Virus record (IMG/VR): IMGVR_UViG_3300049645_000091
Direction: 5' to 3' (one strand)
Length of the DNA stretch: 64,000 nucleotides
Source of the DNA: a virus
The notes below the pieces were generated by a model. It did not search any database and had not been told where the DNA came from. It saw only the letters and a program-made list of their open reading frames with translations. Within the stretch, counting starts at the first letter, position 1. Each line of letters begins with the position of its first letter. Both the position numbers and the translations under genes were made by a program. Positions 21,179 through 31,716 of the stretch are shown here, one piece after another.

Positions 21179-22528
21179 TTACTCCTCTATCAAGTTCGCG
21201 CCCTCCTGGATCGCCAACTTTTTGCCCGACCACTTACACCCCCTCACAATAATAATACTCTCCACCGGGTCAACATCCGTCATGGCATAACACCCCCCCG
21301 GCGCGCGCACCTCACTCCCCTCAATCTCTACGCACGATTTCCCTATCGCATGCACCCCGAAATACCCCTCAAGTTCACACTTCCTAATCAACAACTTCGA
21401 ATCCCCATACACATACGTCGCCCCACCCGTCGAGTTAGTCTTCCCCACATCATTAACCAACTTCGAATTGGTAAGCACCCCGCACCCATCCCTCACAACA
21501 AACCCATAAGACTGCCGCGCTGCGCGGCAGTCCATATTAAGATTATTTATTACGAAGTCATTTACTTGCCACACTGTAACCTGACTATCAGTCACAAACC
21601 CGTCCACACTCACGACATCATTGGCCCTGGTCATAAAATCATCGTTCCCGTTCAAAACCAGGCCCTCCCCGCACCTAACCGCCTTACACCCCACTACCTT
21701 ACTATCCTTATTAGTGTCGAGCATAATACCCTGCCCCACACAATCAGCCGCACTCACGCCCTGAACCCGCTCATTCGCGCCCGGCCCGCTCCCATTATTG
21801 CCCAAATAAAGCCCCGCGCCCCACGAATTCTTCAGCTCCAAATTATAGAAATACCCACCTGTCCTCTGCGACCCCACCAAAATCAGTCCCTCACCATCAT
21901 GACAAATTGCTGATGTAACCTGGTTATTTCGGTTACCATCCATCGTTAAATTGGCGACCGTAAACCCGGAGTACCCCCGGCCCATTGGCCCACTCCCCCG
22001 GATAATCATCATCGCAACATGATGCCCAGGTTTCCGCTGGTTTGGCAACAACTTTAGCACAGTCTTGCCCACGCCCGCCCCATAAATATGAAAAGACTTA
22101 TCAATTATTGGCAACGCCGACCAAAACACATTGCCCCCGTCTGCATTCAACGCAAACTCATATGGCGCACTCATCTCAAACGTGCCCGGCCCAATCCCTA
22201 GCGTTCCATTCGCCGGGACCGCATCAATCGCAGTCTTAAACGCCCAACTCATATCTGACCCGGCTGGCACCATCGCGAGCACCCTACTGCCCGCCATCAC
22301 CCTCACATTACCCCCCACAACCTTCACATCAACATCATAGGTATTGGGGGATGGCTCCGGCGCTGGAATAGGCGTTACATCGTCCCCACTTTGCATCAGA
22401 TATTTTTTTATAATCGCCTTCAACGCATTATCCCGTGTCAACTTATTATCAACTTGATACTTCACTAACGCCTTGTAGGTCTCTTCATCGACCGTAACAA
22501 CAAACCTAATTAATTTATTACTCGCCAT
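21179..22528 (-). CDS. Right-handed beta-helix (pectate-lyase-like) protein with RHH-like N-terminus
   Basis: AFKTAID...GTLGIGPGTF...IYGAGVGKTVL...LTMDGN. N-terminus: RFVVTVDEETYKALVKY. Confidence 0.7.
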   Translation of the reverse strand: MASNKLIRFVVTVDEETYKALVKYQVDNKLTRDNALKAIIKKYLMQSGDDVTPIPAPEPSPNTYDVDVKVVGGNVRVMAGSRVLAMVPAGSDMSWAFKTAIDAVPANGTLGIGPGTFEMSAPYEFALNADGGNVFWSALPIIDKSFHIYGAGVGKTVLKLLPNQRKPGHHVAMMIIRGSGPMGRGYSGFTVANLTMDGNRNNQVTSAICHDGEGLILVGSQRTGGYFYNLELKNSWGAGLYLGNNGSGPGANERVQGVSAADCVGQGIMLDTNKDSKVVGCKAVRCGEGLVLNGNDDFMTRANDVVSVDGFVTDSQVTVWQVNDFVINNLNMDCRAARQSYGFVVRDGCGVLTNSKLVNDVGKTNSTGGATYVYGDSKLLIRKCELEGYFGVHAIGKSCVEIEGSEVRAPGGCYAMTDVDPVESIIIVRGCKWSGKKLAIQEGANLIEE

Positions 22529-22578
22529 ATTATACCCGTCCGTAATCCTTAAATACTATACTCACCTAATATATCTTT

Positions 22579-23169
22579 ATGAAAACTACTGAATTTCATA
22601 CCGGCCAAAAGGTAACTATATTTAGACGTTACCCTAAACAACATTTTCGTATTAATGATAAGGTTGGTCAAATAGGAACCATCTCAAACATGTATTACTA
22701 TCCAGATACTGATACTCATTATGCAGAGGTTCAATTGGAGGATGGTTCTTCTGAGTGGTTTCCAACGCAAATGTTGGAACTCACACCTACCCCCAGCCAG
22801 ATTAAAATAGGCACTAGGATTCAAGTTAATGGGGATGATGACTTTACATACAATCTTGCAACTGGCGTTATAACAAGTATGTCAGATTCTAGTGATGACG
22901 TAGTAAATATGCGGCCAGATGATCCAGTTTTACAAAAATATTATCCTGATGGTATTTGTTTGTTTGGCAATCATCGATTTAGAATTTTGGATCAGTCGTC
23001 CAAAGATGTAACCAAAAACTTTAGCCGGGTTTCTGTTTATGTTGAAGTTTGGCCTAGAGACTCCGATGGGATTTCTCATAAATTAGAGTTTAAGTGGGGT
23101 AATGGTATGAAATCATCAACACTTCGTGACCAAATAAACAGATTTATTGACAAAATGGAGAAAATGTGA
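22579..23169 (+). CDS. Hypothetical protein (SH3/KOW-like repeats)
   Basis: Two FxxGxKV/IKIGTRI-type repeats. Confidence 0.5.
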   Translation: MKTTEFHTGQKVTIFRRYPKQHFRINDKVGQIGTISNMYYYPDTDTHYAEVQLEDGSSEWFPTQMLELTPTPSQIKIGTRIQVNGDDDFTYNLATGVITSMSDSSDDVVNMRPDDPVLQKYYPDGICLFGNHRFRILDQSSKDVTKNFSRVSVYVEVWPRDSDGISHKLEFKWGNGMKSSTLRDQINRFIDKMEKM

Positions 23170-23441
23170 TTAAAACCATGTTTATACCACATACAAAATG
23201 CGATAAATATTATTTTACTATTTTTGACCATGAAACTGATGGCGTTTATGAATTTTCAACTAAATATCATGAATATTCAAGTATAAAGGACTTCCTCATC
23301 ACCGAGTTTAAAGATAAAATGAAAGAGGTAGAACAATTCTATGCCAATACTGGATATAACTATATAGATGAATATATAGAAATTATACGAATGCATACAA
23401 TAGGTTGGAAAGTATGCATTCGCAAATTTAGGGAATGTTAA
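23166..23441 (+). CDS. Hypothetical protein
   Basis: Coupled to the previous ORF. Confidence 0.45.
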   Translation: MIKTMFIPHTKCDKYYFTIFDHETDGVYEFSTKYHEYSSIKDFLITEFKDKMKEVEQFYANTGYNYIDEYIEIIRMHTIGWKVCIRKFREC

Positions 23442-25033
23442 CCAGCCCTGCGACCTTTACCCCTCACTTCCCGGCTATCCTTTTTATCGCGTTGTTGCGG
23501 AGTACCGTCTATCTTTTTGTCGGGGTCGTTGAAACTGGCCGGGGGTGGATTCGGCCCCACATCCGCCCGATCATCCGTGCCATTGTTGGAGCCAAAATCA
23601 ACCTTATCACCGGGGTTCGATCCTTTGGCCGGTATCCTTGCTATCTCCGCTCGTTGGTCTTCAGTTAAAGGTGGATACCCCGCGATTTCACGGATCTCAT
23701 CGGGGGTGAACACTCCAACATCCCGCGCGATTCGCACCCGGTTCCAGATCTCCGGGCCGGAATCAGGTGTCATTTCGCGCCAAACTATCTCAACTCGCCA
23801 ACCTTCTTTCCCATTCAATGCAAGTATTCGGTCCCATTCTGCCAGAAATGGCCGCTCTATTTCGGTTTGTTCGCCCCGCGCCCATAAATTAAGCATATCG
23901 AGGCTTGATGTGCCCGTTTGACTTATTGCTATTCCTTTGTTTTCGGTGAAGTCGCGAGGTACTAGTGCGTAGAGTATTCGCTCGTTGAAGAAATTGACTA
24001 CTTTTATGGGGTCCATGCCCGTCTTGCCCCACTCCATAGGCTTCAATTCTATGCAGTCAGGGTGGGTCAATACCGTACTATTCGACCAATTTTGGCCGAT
24101 TTTACGACCTTCCATGTAGGCTTTTCTTAAATCCCAGGCATCCGCGTTGATCGGGGCCGCCTCCCCTCTAAATTCTTTTATTATGACGTCGAGGTTGGGA
24201 ACTCCCGTCCGCATTGCACTCCTCATCAAGCATTTATCTACGAATGCTAGTTTTTTGATGAGTGGGACGAGAGTTACGAAGACAGAATCTCCATCAACAT
24301 ATTCGCTATTTTCGTCTTTGATAACAAGTAGGTTTTCATTTTTTAGTTGGATTGGTTCGCCATAATCGGTCTGGCGCTGCCAATAACTAGTTTCGAAGGT
24401 GTTCAGATCGAATACGATGCCTTTTAGTATTTTTCCCGTTACGTATTTTGAGGTGTCGGTAAGTGGGGTGGGTGTAGTATCGAAGGAGTGCATTGGGAGC
24501 GATTTGAAGACGACTGGCCCCTTATAAGAGGTTGATATACCGGGGATTTGACCGTCCAGACGCTCGAACAGTTTGGTTCCGTATCGCTTTTTGTCGAGCC
24601 AGGCCCGTTCCATCCGTACTAGCGTTTTCATTGCGTAGTTATCGATGGTTTCTACCATAGTTTGCGTTTCTTCTAGCTCTTCCTTTTTCACTTTGTTGAC
24701 TATTTCGTCGGGCGGTACTACTAGGAGTTCGGCCCCCTCGAAAATGAACTTTTGGAGTTTGGTGACGGTGGCCCGGAGGATGGGTTCGTCCCATATTGCT
24801 CGGATGTCCTGGGCGGTGATGTTTTTTGGGTCTTCAAACTCGTCTTCTTGGGTAAATTCCAGGCCGGTTTCGGCTGGTTTTTTTGATTCAGCCGCGAATT
24901 GAGTAGCAACTGCACAAGAATTTATAGTGGGTAAATCGTCACGGCGATCTACAGTTGGTGCGGTTGCTTCTATAGTAATGGGTAGGTCGCTGTCGCGATC
25001 CACGGCTGCCTTTATAAATTCTTGATAATTCAC
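23438..25033 (-). CDS. Portal protein
   Basis: Follows TerL; C-terminal GVFTPDEIREIAGYPPL motif. Confidence 0.85.
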   Translation of the reverse strand: MNYQEFIKAAVDRDSDLPITIEATAPTVDRRDDLPTINSCAVATQFAAESKKPAETGLEFTQEDEFEDPKNITAQDIRAIWDEPILRATVTKLQKFIFEGAELLVVPPDEIVNKVKKEELEETQTMVETIDNYAMKTLVRMERAWLDKKRYGTKLFERLDGQIPGISTSYKGPVVFKSLPMHSFDTTPTPLTDTSKYVTGKILKGIVFDLNTFETSYWQRQTDYGEPIQLKNENLLVIKDENSEYVDGDSVFVTLVPLIKKLAFVDKCLMRSAMRTGVPNLDVIIKEFRGEAAPINADAWDLRKAYMEGRKIGQNWSNSTVLTHPDCIELKPMEWGKTGMDPIKVVNFFNERILYALVPRDFTENKGIAISQTGTSSLDMLNLWARGEQTEIERPFLAEWDRILALNGKEGWRVEIVWREMTPDSGPEIWNRVRIARDVGVFTPDEIREIAGYPPLTEDQRAEIARIPAKGSNPGDKVDFGSNNGTDDRADVGPNPPPASFNDPDKKIDGTPQQRDKKDSREVRGKGRRAG

Positions 25034-25046
25034 TACTAATCACTTC

Positions 25047-26456
25047 CTAAAAAAATTCTTCTATTCCGTCATCTTCTATTTTGAGGTCGCCAGTGTCAAA
25101 GGCCATGTCCTGGGCCATAGGATTAAACGTAGATATTTCTCCGATGTTGCCAGTTTTCCATCTTTTTGCGCGCGGTAATCGACCAATACCACTCGAAACT
25201 GCATCTACCATATCATCATGTACACCTTTTGTAGGAAATAGACAACATTCCGTAACAAACGGTTTATTCCAAGGAGCACGCACAAGACGCACCATGCCGT
25301 TGTAGAGTGCCGCGCTAAAAACGTTAGCACGCGCTTCCTTTGGACCCGTGGGACGGTCACTAAAGGCTGCATATCCACTTAATACCCTCCGTATATAATC
25401 ATCTGTCAGTATTTTGCCGGACGAGCCTGGCTCCTGTTCCAGGTATATTATGGTGTCGGGGCCGTCGAATTCGGCGGTTTCTTGGATGTATTCTTCGAGT
25501 TTACCGGGCGAGAGCCGGTCCCGTCTTATATCCATTATGTAGTAGATGTTGTGGTAGAGGCGGATTTTTGCGCCTACCGTGTAGTCGGGATCATTGTTGG
25601 TCCGGGTGCCCGGCTTGAGTTCGGTGGCGGCCAGATCCCAATATCGGACCGTGATGCCTTCTTCGGGCACGTCTTCTTCGTTGATGTAGCAGCGGTCGAA
25701 CCACTCCTGCTTGAACTTGTTGCCCGATTTTTTGACCCGCCATACACCTTCTTGGAGTTGCATTCTGGTGACGGGATCGGTTTCTTCCAGATTAGCGATG
25801 TAACTTTCCTGGTCGATGTGGGGGTTGTCATAGAGTTTGGAGCTTAAGAACCGGCGGCCATTCTCTAAGGGCTGGGGGTCATCGGGCTTGAATCGCTCGT
25901 ATACCCACTCAGCGCCGGGGCCATCTGGATTAGTGGTCGCGCGCATTCTGAGGGGGATTTTGGAGTCGGTTGGTTTACGCAGTCTGCTAAATAGGTAGGT
26001 GTAAAAGCGTTCGATTGGGAACTCTGTTAGTTCTTCGAATCCTATAAAAGAGAAAGCAGCCGACTTGTACCTGTATATGTGGGATTCCGATTCTAGATAT
26101 CCAAATGTTAAGGTACTTCCAGAGGGGAATAACCATTGGTGGAGGTCTCGTTTGTATTGGGCGGGGGTGTGGGTTAGCCACTCGTGGGAGCGGGGTATGA
26201 GGCCTTCAGGCAGGCTTAGATCGGAGTAGGTGCGGCGGAATATGATAGCGTTGTAGTTGGGCTGTTCTACGAATTGGAGGGCCGCCATGAGGAGGTAATC
26301 AGATTTTCCGCCCCCAGCCGAACCCCCGAATAGCAGTTCTTTTCGGAAGTCGAGGAGGGCGTCTATCTGTTTTGGGAAGGGCATATGATCTTTGGGGATG
26401 TATGGGTTGTCCCAGATCGTTTTTTGAAGTATTTCTTTTTCGAGGTCAGTTAACAT
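25047..26456 (-). CDS. terL: Terminase large subunit
   Basis: GGSAGGGKS Walker A, FEELTEF Walker B, TTNP, WDLAAT and HDDMVDA nuclease motifs. Confidence 0.95.
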   Translation of the reverse strand: MLTDLEKEILQKTIWDNPYIPKDHMPFPKQIDALLDFRKELLFGGSAGGGKSDYLLMAALQFVEQPNYNAIIFRRTYSDLSLPEGLIPRSHEWLTHTPAQYKRDLHQWLFPSGSTLTFGYLESESHIYRYKSAAFSFIGFEELTEFPIERFYTYLFSRLRKPTDSKIPLRMRATTNPDGPGAEWVYERFKPDDPQPLENGRRFLSSKLYDNPHIDQESYIANLEETDPVTRMQLQEGVWRVKKSGNKFKQEWFDRCYINEEDVPEEGITVRYWDLAATELKPGTRTNNDPDYTVGAKIRLYHNIYYIMDIRRDRLSPGKLEEYIQETAEFDGPDTIIYLEQEPGSSGKILTDDYIRRVLSGYAAFSDRPTGPKEARANVFSAALYNGMVRLVRAPWNKPFVTECCLFPTKGVHDDMVDAVSSGIGRLPRAKRWKTGNIGEISTFNPMAQDMAFDTGDLKIEDDGIEEFF

Positions 26457-26484
26457 ATATTATCTCCGAGGGAAAGCTATTTAT

Positions 26485-26799
26485 TTGTATAGGGCGTATA
26501 TGTGTAATATGGAAATGGAAACTATTTGGCATATCGATAAAGATATCACAATGGAAACAAGAAAGTTGTTGGGTGAATCAGTTGAATATGCATATACTTT
26601 GTTTGAAATGAATAGTAGTTCTGATAAACCAAAATCGAATTCACGTTTTGATGAAAGAGATGGTTCTATAAGTTTAGACATTGATAATGTTATTACTCTT
26701 GAGAGATTTGATATGGATGGCAAAAAGTATATGAGCGGATCTGCGGATATCTACGGGCCAGAATTTTACAGTATGTGGGATTGTTATATTGATAATTAA
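26485..26799 (+). CDS. Hypothetical protein
   Basis: ORF; start probably the ATG near 26509. Confidence 0.4.
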   Translation: MYRAYMCNMEMETIWHIDKDITMETRKLLGESVEYAYTLFEMNSSSDKPKSNSRFDERDGSISLDIDNVITLERFDMDGKKYMSGSADIYGPEFYSMWDCYIDN

Positions 26800-27394
26800 T
26801 TGGTTGGTGTGATGGTATGGTATATGTACGTTTGCCAGATATAAAGAGTATTAAGTGGTATGTGGATTATGAAGACCATGCGAGTGATGCGATTGATAGA
26901 ATTGTTCGGGTTAGGAGAGAGATTGCAGAGATAGATTATAAATTGTGGAAGCAATTAAAGGACAATGGTTGGTGAATATGATTAATATATTAATATTTTT
27001 ATAAAACCTTTTATTTTTGTTCATTTTTTTGTGGAGGTGTGCATCAACCCCATCGTTCACTAAAAATCATGGTTCCCAAATTTTCCTAGCTCTAAATTTC
27101 TAACAAAATAATTTTATAAAAACTTTTTTTCTTTTTTCTTTTTATTTAAACTTTGCCATGACTTTCTAAATATACAATTGTAAGATATTCAAACCAATAA
27201 AATAATAATCGCATAATAATTAAAACTCTAATAGAAAACCAATCATAAAACTAAAATTATAATAACAGATAATTAAATCGCCGCAACGATTTACATCGCG
27301 CAGTATTGGCCCGCCTCTTGCCCTGGCGCGATTAACAAGTGTTATTATGTATAGTTGGCCCAGGCCTCGCGATGTGAGGCACCTCACCAACTTA

Positions 27395-27916
27395 TCAAAT
27401 AAGTTTGTATTCAGTATCTTTTATTTCTTGTTTGTTATTGTTATCGGCCTTGTATTTTGCGTACGAGTCGAGCAGGCTGTCAAGCGATAAATTGACGTTC
27501 ACGTTAGGGCGATTACTATAACTGTTTATATTTTCATTGCCCTTTATGGAGAGCATGGATTTTACTTGGTCCGACAACAATTTGGACAATTTTATAAATT
27601 CGTCGTTTGGCAGGCCTGGCTCAGCCAACCTCTCTTCTATATTTTTAATGTTATCTTCAAGACTTATTAAGTATTCTTTTGTCTTGTCGTTGACAAACTC
27701 AGCGATATTGTTCTCTATTTCGGAGATTACGAGTTCGGTTGTGTCGGCTGTCTTCGATTCGTAGCCTTTTATAATAGTTTTAATATATGCCTGGCTGACG
27801 ACAATGCCATGCTTTTGGAGGATTAGCTCGGCTATCTCTCGCGCAGATTTAAAGGAGTTCGCGCGTATTGTGTCTTTCGCGGCTGGGGTTAGTTTTATCA
27901 TGATTAATACCTGCAA
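27395..27916 (-). CDS. Putative terminase small subunit
   Basis: N-terminal HTH-like segment and coiled coil, upstream of terL on the same strand. Confidence 0.55.
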   Translation of the reverse strand: MQVLIMIKLTPAAKDTIRANSFKSAREIAELILQKHGIVVSQAYIKTIIKGYESKTADTTELVISEIENNIAEFVNDKTKEYLISLEDNIKNIEERLAEPGLPNDEFIKLSKLLSDQVKSMLSIKGNENINSYSNRPNVNVNLSLDSLLDSYAKYKADNNNKQEIKDTEYKLI

Positions 27917-28193
27917 ATATGATAAATCGTTATAAATCTGTTATAACTAGGTTCGTTATTATATTTAGAAAGTTATCAAAGTCCGAGCACCAAAACCGAT
28001 AGCAAGCGACCTACCGAACTTTAAAAATGTTAGAAAAATACCACCATTAACAATATGTAGTCTCAGTGTCATACATGATTATAAATATTCCAATATATAC
28101 ATTGCACTATATACATCCCTCACCCAAAAACCTTAAATACCAGACCCACCATAGTATAGTATAGAACACAACCCTAAGGAGCTGAAAAGAACA

Positions 28194-28709
28194 ATGACAA
28201 AAAAACTATCATACGAAACATACGACGCAAACCGCACCGAAATAACCGCCGCAATCAACCACTATCAGCGCATCCTCAACAACGAGGAAACCGCAACCCG
28301 CCTAAACTGCCCCCTCTGCCAAAAATACAACGTCGGTGAAAGAGAGGATGAGTGCAAGGGCTGTCCCATCTACGAGGTAACCGGCAAGCAATATTGTGAG
28401 GATACACCATACATAAAACTTTCTTGTCACACTTTTGATCAACATCCTCATACTAACATCCAAAATCAATGCCAAACCTGCGCAGATCTCATTAACGAGG
28501 AAATCGCCTTCCTTCGCTCTCTCCACCCATTTCGGGTGGGCAATATCGTAGAAGTAGTCCGCACATGGACTGAGGATGAAGACAACGCATACGATGCAGG
28601 CATTGTACATGATCATCCGACTGGCCCAATTACCAAGATTTCAATGAAAGGAAACTGTAAAATCGGTGGAGTATGGTATCCACCCGTAGTCCTGGAAAAC
28701 AAGATCTGA
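28194..28709 (+). CDS. Cys-rich hypothetical protein
   Basis: CPLC...CKGCP...C pattern; AGGAG RBS. Confidence 0.55.
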   Translation: MTKKLSYETYDANRTEITAAINHYQRILNNEETATRLNCPLCQKYNVGEREDECKGCPIYEVTGKQYCEDTPYIKLSCHTFDQHPHTNIQNQCQTCADLINEEIAFLRSLHPFRVGNIVEVVRTWTEDEDNAYDAGIVHDHPTGPITKISMKGNCKIGGVWYPPVVLENKI

Positions 28710-29010
28710 AGTTTGGGACGAGTATAACCGCCTGCAAGAAATACTGAAGGACAATATCGAGAAGGAAATTTACAATGATGAGCTTGTTGGGAAAATCAAT
28801 GCCCTGTATTGGGTCTTAGATTACCCATATGGCTGAAGGAGATTGATAATGAATGTCTCGCGGGTTTCGGGCCAAACGTCTGCGCCGTCAACAAGCAGCC
28901 AAACGCTTCATCGCCCAAAAAAACGCGCGATATCGCGCGCGCCTACGATCATTAGAACAGTTTGAAACAGAAAATATATACTGGAGTGAATAAAAATCGA
29001 TGGATGTGGA

Positions 29011-29337
29011 ATGGACATGGAATTTACATACTGGAAATTGACAAAAGAAGACATTATGGAGCTATTTGACAAACAAATGCTATCATTTGATCAAGCAAAT
29101 GCTTTAATAACTCAATCTCTGGCCCGCCCAATAGGAGAATTTGATCGAAATATCGTAAAATATTATCTCAACCCATCAAGAACCATTGCAATAACCTCAA
29201 TTCACTACTATGGTGGTGAACACTTCAATCAACCTCATCATTGGCTGGCCGAAATAATTAGCCATACTGACCCATCACATACCACCAGATTCTTCAATGA
29301 CCACAAATTAGGACCATATCCAGTATTCACATATTAA
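29011..29337 (+). CDS. Hypothetical protein
   Basis: ORF in the early-gene cluster. Confidence 0.45.
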   Translation: MDMEFTYWKLTKEDIMELFDKQMLSFDQANALITQSLARPIGEFDRNIVKYYLNPSRTIAITSIHYYGGEHFNQPHHWLAEIISHTDPSHTTRFFNDHKLGPYPVFTY

Positions 29338-29459
29338 AAGAGGTAGATTAAAATGCGCCTTCGGAGAGTTCTGTTTGGACCGGGAGAAATAATATTTTAT
29401 TTCTCCAATAAAATTGTAGTCTGGGACATAACCGCACATATAAAGGTTGGTGAATATTA

Positions 29460-29960
29460 ATGAAGGAAATATTTGATTTAGAAGTTCTTTCTAAAGAACT
29501 TGAGGCATCAGAAGTATTTGAGGACGAAGAAGGAAATAGATATCAATCTATATATTTAGGATCGGTATATAGCGTTATGCCGTCCGGTAAATTTTATATG
29601 CCGTTCGCTCATAGTAATCTAGATGTATGTGAAAAGTGCAATGGGTCCGGTAAAATTGATAATCCAAACAAAAAAACCAAATCCTATAATCGAGCCGAAA
29701 AACATATTAAACAAATGATTAAAAAGCTATCAAATGGATATTGGAATATGCCAGAAGGATATAGAAATAGATTAGACCTTCTTAGAAAAAGAAAAGCATA
29801 TTATCAACCATATATAGAGTGTCCTATATGCGGAGGTTGTGGGTTTCCAGAAGCTCATCAGGATGAATTATGGACGGCTCAAGCAGAAAAAGAGCTTGAA
29901 TCTATAGAAGCATGTCTTCATTATGACGGAGATGATGTATTTATTAACAAATATATATAA
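29460..29960 (+). CDS. DnaJ-type zinc-finger protein
   Basis: CEKCNGSG and CPICGGCG motifs. Confidence 0.6.
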   Translation: MKEIFDLEVLSKELEASEVFEDEEGNRYQSIYLGSVYSVMPSGKFYMPFAHSNLDVCEKCNGSGKIDNPNKKTKSYNRAEKHIKQMIKKLSNGYWNMPEGYRNRLDLLRKRKAYYQPYIECPICGGCGFPEAHQDELWTAQAEKELESIEACLHYDGDDVFINKYI

Positions 29961-30028
29961 ATCTTCCTTTTATTTTTAGCATGAATATAGGGATAAACCT
30001 ATATTCCTAAATATATAAAAGGATAAAT

Positions 30029-30427
30029 TTGAAACAGATCGAAAGCCCTACATGGAGTGATAAAGATATGGATAAATATTTTATGGGAGAAATTGATCTC
30101 CCAAATGGAAATACCTCTAAACGACTAATCAAAGCTGATAACCTATCTGATGCTCATGAAAAGATAGAAAAATGTGTACAACGACGCATACAAGACCACG
30201 ACAAATATAAAATACACTATGGCGACCGGCCCATAGGCTCATTCATAGTCCGCCCTGCTACCACAGAAGAAATATTGGTGGACGATTTAGTAGATTTCGC
30301 TGGTGGATGGGATGAGTACAACATACAGGGTTTCGCCGAAGAGATCATTGAAACCGTCTTGGAAACCCTTCCCAAGGAGGCCTTAATCGAAGAGCTGGAA
30401 CGAAGAAAAGAAGAGGAGGATTACTAG
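30029..30427 (+). CDS. Hypothetical protein
   Basis: ORF. Confidence 0.45.
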   Translation: MKQIESPTWSDKDMDKYFMGEIDLPNGNTSKRLIKADNLSDAHEKIEKCVQRRIQDHDKYKIHYGDRPIGSFIVRPATTEEILVDDLVDFAGGWDEYNIQGFAEEIIETVLETLPKEALIEELERRKEEEDY

Positions 30428-30430
30428 TAG

Positions 30431-30751
30431 ATGCCTAAGAAGCCTCCCCTCACAAAAGAAGAACTTCGGCGACAAGCCGACAAAATACTAGATCCTCAAA
30501 TGTACACCGAGGAAGGCTACCATCAATATATTAGGGGAAAAGATCTAGCTCTCTACACCTTGGTGTATGGGATGGATATCCAGTTTGTTACAAAGCGAGG
30601 ATTCCTAGGATTCGGGCGGAAAACCGTCAAAAAAACATTACTTTCCCGCCTGATACGCAATGGCATCTATGATGTATGGGTTTATTTCCCACCCCATAGA
30701 AAGCCTCAAGAAACCAAATACTATGGAGATGAAGACGATGAAAAATATTGA
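30431..30751 (+). CDS. Hypothetical protein
   Basis: ORF. Confidence 0.45.
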   Translation: MPKKPPLTKEELRRQADKILDPQMYTEEGYHQYIRGKDLALYTLVYGMDIQFVTKRGFLGFGRKTVKKTLLSRLIRNGIYDVWVYFPPHRKPQETKYYGDEDDEKY

Positions 30752-31307
30752 AAAAGTTATGATTGTTGGACAGCTAATGAGCATATTGCTATCATCCGCC
30801 GTGCTTTATATTTTTTGGATCGGTGGCTGGTGGTAATTTATTTTTTTTTTCGTTTTTCTTTTGGGCCATGATTCTTGAGATTATTATTTCTTTTTCTAGC
30901 CCTCTAATCTGCCCAAATTTAGACTTTCTGCCTGCTCAATGGGTGAATATACCTTGATAATTGAAAGTCTCGCTACGGGCCTAAAAATGGCCTTAAAAGC
31001 GATGGTGCTTAGGCATAATTATATTTTAGTTTTACTATTTAACTTATTCACATTTTTTTATTATGTCTCTATACGTAAAAACTTTTTTTCATAGTAGGCG
31101 ATAAAAACTCCGGCATTTTCGGGCTTTTTCCCAGTAGGTCGCCCAGAGGCCGGGATTTTTGGGCCAAATTTCATAGAAAAATAAAAAAAATAATCCCATC
31201 CTCCACGCGATTATTTGGGATTATTTTGGCGCAGATATTACTTGTCCGCTTCCACACGGCACGCCCAACTCACATCCACACTACCTAACTTATTAATCAT
31301 TGATGAA

Positions 31308-31380
31308 TGCTATAGGTTGGAATCGAACCAACATCCTATCGGTTACAGGCAGATTGCACTACTATTTGTGTTTCTATAGC
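31308..31380 (-). tRNA. tRNA-like gene, anticodon ambiguous (Tyr-GTA or Thr-TGT)
   Basis: Acceptor GCTATAG/CTATAGC-A, T-arm GTTGG-TTCGATT-CCAAC; imperfect anticodon stem. Confidence 0.65.
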
Positions 31381-31386
31381 ACACCT

Positions 31387-31635
31387 TTATAAAGTTCCGA
31401 ATATTTTATCAACTGGATATCTATCTTTGATATATCGGGCCAGACCTTTATGTCCCTCCAACACTTTAGCATCAGAAGGGAATTTCAACCTCAATATGAT
31501 TGGTCGCCCGGTTTGCTTGCTAAACCTAGCCGCCTCATTCACATCTACCCACGCCCTCACTGGCGGTTTAATGTACCCAGCCTGAATGTAGTGAGATAGT
31601 TTGCTGGCCCCACATACATGATATACTACTGTCAT
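31387..31635 (-). CDS. Small protein, possible ADP-ribosyltransferase/Tpt1-like fold
   Basis: MTVVYHVC...YIQAGYIKPP...GRPIILRL; lies between two tRNA-like genes. Confidence 0.4.
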   Translation of the reverse strand: MTVVYHVCGASKLSHYIQAGYIKPPVRAWVDVNEAARFSKQTGRPIILRLKFPSDAKVLEGHKGLARYIKDRYPVDKIFGTL

Positions 31636-31637
31636 AA

Positions 31638-31710
31638 TGGATCTAATGGGGTTCGAACCCATAACAGCGCGAGAGTTGAACCCCCGCTGGCCCCATTAGC
31701 CTGTAGATCC
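31638..31710 (-). tRNA. tRNA-like gene with atypical anticodon arm (TCA or TTC)
   Basis: Acceptor GGATCTA/TAGATCC-A, D-arm GGCT/GGCC, T-arm ATGGG-TTCGAAC-CCCAT. Confidence 0.7.
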
Positions 31711-31716
31711 CGTAGA

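Noticed and set aside
21053..21913. 286-aa plus-strand ORF
   Set aside because: Pro/His-rich antisense shadow of the G-rich beta-helix gene.
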